This document shows positions 53,096 through 64,000 of a stretch of DNA of 64,000 nt, piece by piece. The stretch's first letter is position 1, and each line of letters opens with the position of its first letter. The position numbers and the translations under genes were made by a program. Below the pieces are notes generated by a model. The model was not told the origin of the DNA, searched no databases, and saw nothing but the letters and a program-made list of their open reading frames with translations. The DNA is from Felis catus (lineage: Eukaryota): positions 167,960,001 to 168,024,000 of the forward strand of contig NC_058368.1 of assembly GCF_018350175.1 (NCBI RefSeq), read 5' to 3'.

Positions 53096-53482
53096 TTTAT
53101 ATATACAATGGAATACTACTTGGCAATGAGAAAGAAGGAAATCCTGCCATTTGCAGCAACGTGGATGGAACTGGAGGGTATTATGCTAAGTGAAATAAGT
53201 CAGGCAGAGAAAGACAGATACCATATGTTTTCACTCATATGTGGATCCTGAGAAACTTAACAGAAGACACTGGGGGAGGGGAAGGGGAGAAAGAAAAAAA
53301 GTTCCAGAGAGGGAAGGAGGCAAACCATAAGAGACTCTTAAATACTGAGAACAAACTGAGGGTTGATGGGGGTTGGGGGAGAGGGGAAAGTGGATGATGG
53401 ACATTGAGGAGGGCACCTGTTGGGATGAGCACTGGGTGTTGTATGGAAAACAATTTGACAATAAATTATATTTAATTAAAAA
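53096..53482 (+). mobile_element. L1 3' end fused to U6
   Basis: L1 ORF2 end and 3'UTR, AATAAA at 53460-53465, short A tail. Shared TSD aaaagcattgatcatagt (52974-52991 / 53483-53500). Confidence 0.95.
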
Positions 53483-56400
53483 AAAAGCATTGATCATAGT
53501 AATTATAATCTCCATTCTAAAGTGACTTCAAACAACTGTATAATTCTTGGGAACTATAATGCAATCTTTTAAATTAACTATATATGAATTTTCCTGAATA
53601 AAGCAGGTTTCAAGTGTATAATTTGTATCTAAAATTTGAGGCCAGTGTCAAAACTTTAAAGTGTTCTTTTCATTATGTATCATTTTGGAAGGTGAACAAC
53701 TGCAATTTTTCTCCATTTTATTATCTGCTTTATAAACTTGGATATTTTCACAAGGCTATCACCTGTTTTATAATTACACTGTTTACCTGAAGTAGGATTT
53801 AAGAATTTCTCACTTTTATTCTCAGTTATTCAAAACACAACATATATGCCTTTAGAGTATGGTTTTCTGATTCATATATGGAAGTAAATGAGATAATTAT
53901 ATCTTACATTAAATAAAGCACTGGATCTTGAAAATAAGCACTGAGCATATAAGTGTAAAATCTAAATAAGCATTTAAAGCAAAAATAAATTTTACAAATG
54001 GATTATTTAGTTTATCTTCTAAAAAATAAATTATTAATTTTCTTCTTAGATGTACAATAAAGCAAGGTCATGGTATCATATAACTCTGAATCTAGACTAT
54101 GTTTTAAATAGATGTCCTAAAAGACATAACTAGATTATATCTCATTGAATAGGTATTCTAAAAGGAAAGTGGTGGATATCAGTAATAATTTAAATAACAG
54201 AAAAACTTGTTATCATAAGAATGTGGGGGGGGGGCTATACACTAACTAGACGGTCTGTCTGAGTCATGTAAAATAGACAATACCTACCTCTTATGATTAC
54301 ATTGTTATATGTGTACTTTTTAAAACCTTACGTCCAGGACCATGTATACCATTGCATTCCTATTAGCAGGCACCAAATCTCATAAATATTAGCAGCTCAA
54401 TAAATGATCATTCACTGAATACTGAATAAATGAATTGACTGTTAACATTCAAGTTTCAGTTAAAACATGCAAAGGCACTCCTAAAGTAAGTGGTAAAATA
54501 AGAAAAAATACTTTTTTATGTGACTAGAAAGTGAAAACTTAAAGGAATAATTATAATCACTAGAAAATTAGTTTCTGTAATCTTCAAGCTTAAGGGCCTC
54601 TACGTTCCATGAGCCCTTCTAAGGCCTGGGAGCAATCCTTGCATTGTATTTGCCTGGTCATATGTTCTCATAAATTTTTTGTATGATATTTTGACTATGA
54701 CTAAGACTACTGCACATTTAGAATTCAAGTTTTTTGTTTATAATTTTGTGTTTGATTTCTTAAGGAACGGAGGGAAAGTTGTAAACCTGAAGGCTCTACC
54801 GACTGGGATGTGCTCCTCCACAGTTTCCTACCACCCAGAGCCGAGTACACCTTAACACAAGAATGGAAACTGAACCAACAGTGGGTCAGGAAGTCCAGAT
54901 TTAGTGTACATTCATAAATATTTGTCACTGTTTGTAGAAAAATAAAAATATGACCGATTCTAAGTTAACAGGCGAGCACAGTATTCTGAAATATACTTTA
55001 TCATCTAACAGATCACGTGGTGAGATTCCAATCATGTATCAGCACGTGTTCTCAAATTGCAGTCTTCTCTACTGGCAATTATGCTTGGACATTTATTGAC
55101 AGATAACAGCTGCTCTAGTACCTCACTTATTTTACTTCATGTGTTGACATTTCCCATTTCCTCATATTTTCAGAAAGCCTAGAGTACTTGAAGAAAACAG
55201 ACACTTTGATATTACTTCTTAAATCCTTTATGTTTCATTCAACATGTGAAAATATCATAAAGTTGCTAACTCCTGCCTCTGTGATCTAACATGTCTCATT
55301 TAAAAATGCATAGCAATTAAAATACACATATAGCATTCAATTTGCAGTTAAATGTTTTGACATGCATACTCTACCAAAATATCTAAAGTCAACTATCATG
55401 AAAACACCATGAAATACTTTGAGCCAATGATGCTTTTGTTAAAGCACAGCACACAAAAAAAGTTCTCTTTATACAAATAAAATACAAATACTCCTAATTG
55501 CTCACAGATTTTTTCTGACAAGTGTTAGTCCAAAACGAATATTTACAGTCTATGCTGAGCAATGAATGCCTGGAAAATAGCATTCACAGTGCAAACACTG
55601 ACAGTTTTAACCAAAAAAACAAAATAAAACAAAACAAAACAAAAAACAAAAAAACCCACACCAAAACAACAAAAAACCCAAAAAGCAAACTTGTATATTG
55701 GTGCTAACTAATGGTGCAACTGAAATACTCTCAGCCTTGAAAGGATGTAAGAAAATATTTCAAGAACATCTGATTCCGCTGAAAATAAGATCATTAGATT
55801 TCTTCTTAAAACAAACGCCTGAAGGTGTGAGTGTGATATTTTACACACACCACACATACACACCATGATCTACAGCAAGGAATATTTTGATCCTTTTCAT
55901 GTGACATTTTGTTACTTGGGAAGTAGAAGAGAAATATGAAAAACTGACACGGAGAAGATGTCCTAAAATGTACAAATGAATCATGTTTACTGCAGCTATA
56001 ACATCATTTGCTTTTCCTCCCCATGCTATGCTATACCTACATTTAATGAGTGATTTTGTATTTTAAAGGGGGAGATATTAAGGATTTAAGGACTTAATTT
56101 AACAGTTTGGCTATTCAAGAATGCTTATTTATTCTGAAAATAGAAACCTTAAGGACATACCTTTTTTTAAGTCAAAGAAGATAAGGAATATGAGTGATGT
56201 CTGTGTATAAAGAAAGAAAAAGGGAAAATCAGTTTTAAAGGATAATTTTGTGTTATCTCTGCTAATGTGCTTTTGTATATGCATCATGCCAGCAGTACGC
56301 ATACATAGAAAATAAGGGCTCATAGGACAAAGTCACAAAGAAAATTATCCTCATTAAAAAGCTGGATTTTATAACCTGTAAGTCGGGGTATCACAGAGGT

Positions 56401-58473
56401 AAATTTAACTTCTTACTGATCATGGAGAAAAGGAAGATTATTTTTCCTGCACCCTCACTGCCCACCTTGGACTGGTCAGTAAAGAAAGGAGTCTTATTTT
56501 TTTTGGGGGGGGTGGTTTGAAGGGTGTCATGCCCCCACGTAGCTGGAGGAAGAAATGAGAGCTGATGACTCTTTACATATATCATTCTAATTTCAAAACC
56601 TTCCTCATGCAGATGCCTGAAATCAAGTTCTATAGTATTGATAACTGATTTTTTTTTTCATTTTATATCCTAGATTACTAGCTATAATTATTTTGAAGCC
56701 CTCCAGTGGTCAAATAACAAAACTAATCTGTATAGAATATTCTTACAAAGAGAATTCCCCATCTATGTTAGTTGCTTGATTCTTCCTTTATTGCTGTCCT
56801 AAGAGGTTTCTTTGGACATATAGCATATATTTCAAATTAAAATATTATGCATTAAAACAGCAGATTAAGTACAAGTATTTCTCCAAATAACAGATTTGTA
56901 TATGAATCTACCAATGTTGGAAAATCTCAGCATAAATTAATATATTCACTATATCATTCCATTTATACTCAGTCAGGTCCTGCAAAGCCAAATTTGGCAA
57001 AAGATTCAATAACACATCCAATCACAAGGCTCTGAGCAGGTTAACGATGGTTTTCTTCAGGATTACATTCATCTCCATGAAGTGTGGCTATCTTTGAAAA
57101 CTCCTGTTAAGTTCAGAGACAGTAACTTTTAAAGATACTCTTAACAGGTCTTCCCTATTACTAAAAATCTTATCTCTCATGCTAGCAAATGCAAAGAGCT
57201 TTTCATGATAGCATGAAGAAAGAAATTGCCATAAAATGAAAACTGAAAAATTACACTGTTTTTAAGTCACCGACAGGGTTTATTTCGCAAAGGTACACTT
57301 CATCACTACAAATGCTTCGAACCCATCTCACAAGATGTATCTGCTTTCCTGCTGTTCTTTCTATTGCATAAATCAAACCAGTACTCATTAGTGTAAACTC
57401 ATTAGGGTAAACCAAACCTCAATTGCAAGGATCTCAGCATTTTTGAAAACATAGATATAAAGATATCCAAATTAATGTCACTTAATTAAAAATATATAGT
57501 TTGCTTTGGACAGTTTTTACTAACTCTGATCCTTATTATCTGGACTAGTGAGATTAAGGTAATTTAGGGCTGTATAGTTCCAGAGTGCAGCAGAGCATAA
57601 AGACCTTCTAAAACAGAGAGGCCCAAACCCAAAATAGCCACTACCATGTAACTAACACTGAGAAATGCAATTTTAATTTGCAGCAGGAGCTTAAGGAAAC
57701 ACTTTGGTGTAAATAAAAGTGAATCCTTAAAAAAATAAAAAAAAATTTTGGTAATTTTGCACATGAAGTGGATAAGGCACTGACATAATACTTTCTTTTT
57801 AAACCAACGAAATACAGTTTCTTGATGGAGAAAGAGCTGTCTGAGCTAATCAGAATCCAAAGCATCTTGAGATCAAAACAAAAAAATCAATGTGTGAAAC
57901 ATTATGTGCTACTGAGATACAAATGGCACTAGCATCTTAGGTGGCACTGCTGGGACAAATTCAGTCTCCCTGAAATTCCCAAAGTGTAACTTGGCTTTGT
58001 TGCCAAAACACACATTTTAATATCCTGTTTTGAAAGTAGAAATGTAGACACTAAGAATTTCATGATCCTACTATACTCAAATGAAGTATATCTGTATGAA
58101 GTTTTCAGGTGAAAGGCAATGGAGCACAATCTGTAACAGGAATGACCTGCTTCAAGACTCAGTAACGCTGGAAAAACAAAATCCCATTTGTGTCACATAT
58201 CTCACACATAGGCTTGAAATTAGATGGAAAACTGCATCTCACTCCTGGCATCTCCAGTTGTGAAGATGACTTCAGCAAACTGCATGGGTTCCTCTCTGTC
58301 CAGTCTCAAGCTAGATCTAAACTGACACAAATCTGATTCCAAGTCACCTTCCTCATCCACAACCCCTGTGAGTAGGTGGGTGGGGAGAGTCATTCAGTCC
58401 TCTTCTAAAGTTGCTTTGATGTCACAGAGGAAGTAGCTCTACTCCTTTCCAAGCCTAATCTCTTCAGTCCCTT

Positions 58474-59265
58474 TGTGATACCGTGATTTATAATAAATAC
58501 GTATCTGGTCTTCCTCCTTCTTTCTATCACAGAGCTCCTAAAACCCTTGGGGAATATCCTAAGTGATGAGGGAGATAAAGGTGTCTTTTGTTATGTTAAT
58601 GAGGTGGTTTTTGGTTCTGTGCCCAAGGAAGGGTCTGGCTGCTAGGAGAACCAGCCCTGTGATTGGAGGGCTGTAACTTTCTGTCATTGCCCCACCACAC
58701 CCCTGGAAGGGGAAAGAGGCTGAAATTTTAATCAATTCCCAGTGGCCAATGGTTTAATCAATCATGCCTATGTAATGAAGACTCCATAAAAACCTAAAAG
58801 TATGGGGTTTGGAGAGCTTCAGGGTTGGTGAACACATGAAGCTTTTGGGGACAGCCATTCAGGGATAGCATGGAAGCTCCTTGTCCTTTCCCGAGACCCT
58901 GCCCTCTGCTTCTCTTCCATCTGGCTATTATCTGCTTTTATATATCCAGAGTTATATCCTTCTATAATAAACCAATAATCTAGTAAATAAAATGTTTCTC
59001 TGAGTTCTGCGAGCTGCTCTAGCAAATTAATCAAACCCAAGAAGGGGGTTGTTGGAATCTCCAAGTTACAGCCAGTTGGTCAGAAGCACTGGTAACAGCT
59101 GGGCATGCACCTGGCATGCGAAGTAGACTGAGCCCCTCATCTATGGGATCTGATGTTATCTCTGGGTAACTGGTATCAGAATTGAGTTGAACTGCAGGAC
59201 ATCCAGCTGGTGTCATAGTACTGCTGGGTGTGACAGAGATCTCCAAACACTGAAATTGGTGGTCA
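58474..59265 (+). mobile_element. MER21-like ERVL solo LTR
   Basis: Starts TGTGATACCGTGATTTATAATAA...cagagctcctaaaacccttgg, has internal 'tggccaatggtttaatcaatcatgcctatgtaatgaag', and ends in CA. 5-bp TSD ccctt/acctt. Confidence 0.85.
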
Positions 59266-59279
59266 ACCTTACCTACTCA

Positions 59280-59950
59280 TTCTAGACTTGACCATTTTTT
59301 CTCTCTTATTCTTCTGTCCCAACCTTAGTCAGCCTCTCAATGCCTCTGTGTTTCTCAAATTCTAAAAGGAACTTCCCTTATTCTACTTTACTGTGAAATC
59401 ATCGTCACACATGTTCCTGCCCTTCGTGGTTACAGGCCAAATCATTTACACTTGCTGTCCCTTCTGTTTCTCTTTCATTTACTCCTTGGTACATTCTAAT
59501 TCAGTTTCTCTTCCCTACATTTTAGAGTACAACTCCAGTAAAATTGCCTATCACAGAATTTCCTAAATCAAAAATCTAGAACAGAATCTCATCTTAACAC
59601 AACTTCCACAATGTCCGGATCTGCCAAAACTCATTGATGAAACTGTCTTCTCCCGGGCAGCCATCAGATTGGTTCTTTTCCTATCTTCCTGACTATTCTG
59701 AGTTTCCTAACACAATGTTGGAGATGTTTCCTCAGCTCCCTTGAATGGAGTGACCTTATCTATTGCAAGTGATGGGTACATGACTCTGCCTGAATGACTC
59801 CCAAATGCATCCCAGGCCCTGAGCTTTATTCTTAATCTTTATGCCCTCAACACCTCTACATACACTTTGAGATTCAACTTCTCTGAAACCTGTTCATCAT
59901 CTTTATCTCCTTATACTTTAACCTAGATAAAGCTTTAGACAGCTCATTTG
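59280..59950 (+). mobile_element. Probable L2 remnant
   Basis: Pyrimidine-rich strand with L2-like motifs ('gactcccaaatgcat...'). Weak; orientation and limits uncertain. Confidence 0.4.
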
Positions 59951-61548
59951 AAAAAAATCTAATGAGTTTTAAAAAATCTTATTAACACCCCAAACTCTCG
60001 CAATACATTGTATAAATGAGAGAGCTATTACTACAAATCAAGTACGACCAACAGCAAGTCAAAAACAGTTACACAGTCATGATCTGCAGAAACTCTCCCA
60101 GAAGGTATGACATGGAAGTCCTCAGCCATATCTTGATCCCAACCACTAATAACACTTTCTAACTCATCCCTAATTAACTCTTTTGCATTAGAAACATTTG
60201 AGATGTCTAGAGCCAAGCTAAGGGGCACTCAGCATCTCTCTCAACATGAAATATGTTGCTTTTAGTGGAAAGATGTTAGGGAGCTAAACAAATAAAAGGA
60301 CCTCATCTTAAGTGAAAAAGATAAAGGTATATAGGCTCATGTCCATAAAATTATTGAAATACATATGCTTATTTAATGATAGCCTGCTTTCACTTACATA
60401 TATTTTTGCTTCAGGAAGAACACTTTTAGTCATCAAGTTACAAGAGTTAGAAGGCCAGTAAGGCAATGTTTTAACGATATTTCATGGTAATAGCTGGTTA
60501 AATGGCAGAGTAAAGAGGATAAAACGAAAAATGAAAAATTCTGTGTATATATTCCTACATTGAATAGCACCAAATATAGGACAAACTACACTTAATGGGT
60601 AAAGATTGAACTACATTGGCTTTGAAATTTAGACCTAAAATCAGTACAAGGGGTGAAGAGAACAGTATTTTAAATAGTTATTACCACCTTACTTTTTGTA
60701 GCAGCTGTGAAGACTTGAGACACAAGTAAAATGAAAGAAAATGTTACTCGTGAATGTAATTACTACCAGTTATTAAGTATTATGTGTAGGGACGTAAATT
60801 GAAGTCAAAACCTATCATGAAAAATATTACACATGAGGAAATGAAAGATAACCAAAATTGAAAAATAAATAAGTAATTAACCTGCTCTACCTGAAGGCTT
60901 AGGAGATGATGATGACTAAACAATATGGAGGCTTTACATCATAAGCAAGTTTCCCTCTAAATCCCACACAAGAAGGCTCTTACTATGGAAAGCATTCAGC
61001 ACTATATTTATAATGCATTTTCTATACTTGGGCTGACATAGATATAAATTCTTACTGAGGATTAGGTCAATCTCATGAAACAGGCTCCAGAATTTAACTA
61101 TATTTAGCTAGGAGAGAAGTAAAAAAAAGGAGGGTACAGTATTACAACTCTATGGTAATGAAAATACTACTGGAAAAATTAATACGAAAATCTTTTCACA
61201 GTTTCTATACATGTTTTATAATAAGTCATATAATAACCATATCATGCAAAACCAAGTAGATTTTTATCATTTTCTTGCTAGAAAAAGGGTGAGACACTGA
61301 AAGCTATATGGGTGCTCATTCATTCGCTCTTCATCCAATATTTACCTGTTATCCATTAACTGATGGACTTGTTGCTAAGTAATAATGAAGACAGTACCTT
61401 TCCTCACAGAAACAGACAAATACCAAGTAATATGGTGAGGGCCATCACAAATGTTTGTGAAGGTGCTGTGGAAGCCTCAGGGAGATGTACATAACTGAGC
61501 AGGTCTCTCTTGTTTAATGTGAAAGAAACTCAGAAGTAGGCTGGATGC

Positions 61549-62231
61549 AGAGAAAGAGGATCTCTTTTTCACTGCTGGTGGGAATAAACACTGGTGCAGC
61601 TACTCTGGAAGACAGTAGGGAGGTTCCTCAAAAAATTAAAAATAGAACTACCCTACAACCCAGCAATTGCACTACTAGGTATTTATCCAAGGGATACAGG
61701 TGTGCTGTTTCGAAGGGGCACATGCACCCCAATGTTTATGCAGCACTATCAACAATAGCCAAAGCAGGGAAAGAGCCCAAATGTCCAAAGATGGATGAAT
61801 GGATAAAGAAGATGTGGTATATATATACAATGGAGTATTACTCAGAAATCAAAAAGAATGAAATCTTGCCATTTGCAACCACATGGATGGAACTATGGGG
61901 TATTATGCTAAGCGAAATTAGTCAGAGAGAGACAAATATCATATGACTTCACTCATATGAGGACTTCAAGACACAGAACAGATGAACACAAGGGAAGGGA
62001 AGCAAAAATAATATAAAAACAGGGAGGGGTACAAACCAGAAGAGACTCATAAATATGGAGAACAAACTGAGGGTTACTGGAGGGGTTGTGGGAGGGTTGT
62101 AGGTAAGGGGCATTAAGGAATCTACTCCTGAAACCATTGTTGCACTATATGCTAACTAACTTGGATATAAATTAAAAAAATAAAATAAAATAAAATAAAA
62201 TAAAATAAAACAAAGGAAAAGAAAAGAGAAA
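61549..62231 (+). mobile_element. 5'-truncated felid L1 (younger copy)
   Basis: ORF2 C-terminal remnant (KEPKCP...DEWIKKMWYIYTMEYYS...), 3'UTR and (TAAAA)n tail. Perfect TSD agaagtaggctggatgc (61532-61548 / 62232-62248). Confidence 0.95.
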
Positions 62232-62248
62232 AGAAGTAGGCTGGATGC

Positions 62249-62608
62249 CCTGTCAGAATGGTTAAAATTAACAACACAAGAAACAACAGGTGTTGGCATG
62301 AATGCAGAGAAAGAGGAAACCTCTTACACTGCTGGTGGGAACGATGCAGTCACTCCAGAAAACAGTCTGGAAGTTCCTCAAAAAGCTAAAAATAGAACTA
62401 CCCCATGATCCAGCAATTGCACTACCAGGTATTTACCCAAAGGATACAAAAATACAAATTCGAAGGGGAACATGTACCCCAATGTTTATAGCAGCCTTAT
62501 CAATAATAGCCAAATTATGGAAAGAGCCGAAATGTCCACTGACTGATGAATGGACAAAGAAGATGCAGTATGTAGTTATGTATGTATATGTACATATTAT
62601 CATATATA

Positions 62609-62666
<58 letters not shown>

Positions 62667-63084
62667 TATTACTCAGTCATCAAAAGGAAATAAATCTTGC
62701 CATTTGCAATGATGTGAATGGAGCTAGAGTGTAGTCTGCTAAGTGAAATAAGTCAGGCAGAGAAAGACAATGCCATATGATTTCACTCATATGCGGAATC
62801 TAAGAAACAAAACAGATGAACATATGAAAAGGGGGAAAAAGAGAGAGACAGAAAGAAAGAAACAAACCATAAGAGACTCTTTAGGATAGAAAACAAAAGG
62901 AGGGTTAATGGAGGGAGGTGGGCAGGGGGATGGGCTAAATGGATGATGGGTATTAAGGAGGGCACTTGTTGGGTGTTGAACACTGGGTGTTACATGTATG
63001 TGATGAATCACTAAATTCTACTCCTGAAAACAATGTTACACTATATGTTAACTAACTCGAATTTAAATAAAAATGTGAAAAAAA
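62249..63084 (+). mobile_element. 5'-truncated carnivore L1 (older copy, internal (TA)n)
   Basis: ORF2 remnant ([16 protein letters not shown]...TCTPMFIAAL) and a different 3'UTR type from its neighbour. TSD agaagtaggctggatg (62232-62247) / agaagtaggttgtatg (63085-63100). Confidence 0.93.
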
Positions 63085-63191
63085 AGAAGTAGGTTGTATG
63101 AAATGCCAATAAATTGGGTTCCACACAAAAGTAAGGTACATTCAGGAATAACTGAAAGTAGAGATAATGAAGTCCCTTTCTGTCTTCTTCC

Positions 63192-63277
63192 TTTTTTTTC
63201 TAATATAATTTATTGTCAAATTGGTTTCAACACCCAATGTTCATCCCAACAGATGCCCTCCTCAATGCCCATCACCC
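63192..63277 (-). mobile_element. Very short L1 3' terminal fragment
   Basis: Reverse complement of the L1 end (ggtgatgggcattgaggagggc...aatttgacaataaatt-polyA). Confidence 0.8.
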
Positions 63278-64000
63278 TCTCTGTCTTTTTCCACTTCTCT
63301 CTCTAAATTGACTTCATTCTCTCAGAATCATTTTGTCCACAATGCAGAACCATGGCTGAGGAAGCTCTGGGCTCACACTCTCTCATTCTTTGTGCTGGAC
63401 TAGTGAGCTTGAGCTATATTTACAGTTGATCCAGAAAAATCACTCTCAGGAACACGACCTTAGAGGTTCAAAGCCAAACATATCTGATTTTGGGGAAGAT
63501 GGTGGAATGTGAACAGCAAAGGTCACATGGCTAGTCCTGGTCCAGCAGGAATTGTACTTCCTGGGTATGCTTACTTTTAGAAAGCTGGGTGCTTCCCAAA
63601 GAGACCAGTGGGAAACTTTTACTGAGTATCTTGACTATTTTGCTGAAAAATAATTTGTATAACAGGGCAGAGTGATCCTGAAACTCTCTCTGTGAGGGTC
63701 CTTTATAGAATTTTGGATATATTCCTGAAACAGGAAGTCTCAAGATATAATCGCTGATTCCTGATTAATAATAAAATATAAATAATATATTTCATGTTGT
63801 TTGATGTGATGAAAGGTATAGGGTGGAATTTCAGTGCTGTTAAAGAGAAGACATTCTTTACCTGTATTTTAATCCCCTATACAAGAACCAGAGAAAGTCA
63901 TTAGAGAAAAATAAAATAACCTCAAAATCAAAAATCCCATCATTATTAACCTCTGTTTGAAAAAGTTAAATGTGTAATTATAGGCTCACTGGGAAAACAT

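Noticed and set aside
57041..57110. Possible minus-strand terminal exon after cttaacag|
   Set aside because: Poor polypyrimidine tract, stops after four codons in the FBXL17 frame, and has no other support.

Overview
This is mammalian intronic DNA from a felid, judged by its Can-SINE (SINEC_Fc-type) and carnivore L1 content. The only coding sequence I can support is a 77-nt minus-strand exon at 17727-17803 encoding (R)CVEVIAKEGQNLKELYLVSCKITDY(A). I recognise this as an LRR-region exon of FBXL17 (exon 7 by human numbering, from memory), so the rest of the window is two very large FBXL17 introns. None of the ORFs in the supplied track appears to be a real gene. The most unusual object is a ~1.45 kb CpG-island/promoter-like block (30334-31790) that splits an old MLT1 LTR. 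It is bracketed by a degenerate direct repeat and carries ETS, ETS-CRE, GC-box, CCAAT and RFX-like motifs plus a splice donor pointing towards the FBXL17 exon. It looks like a promoter transplanted into the intron. Other notable items are a U6-L1 chimeric retrocopy, two L1s inserted successively at the same target site (triple TSD), candidate poison and alternative terminal exons, and a SINE tail converted into a GAA/GAG triplet array. Repeat subfamily names and the boundaries of old repeats are by eye.
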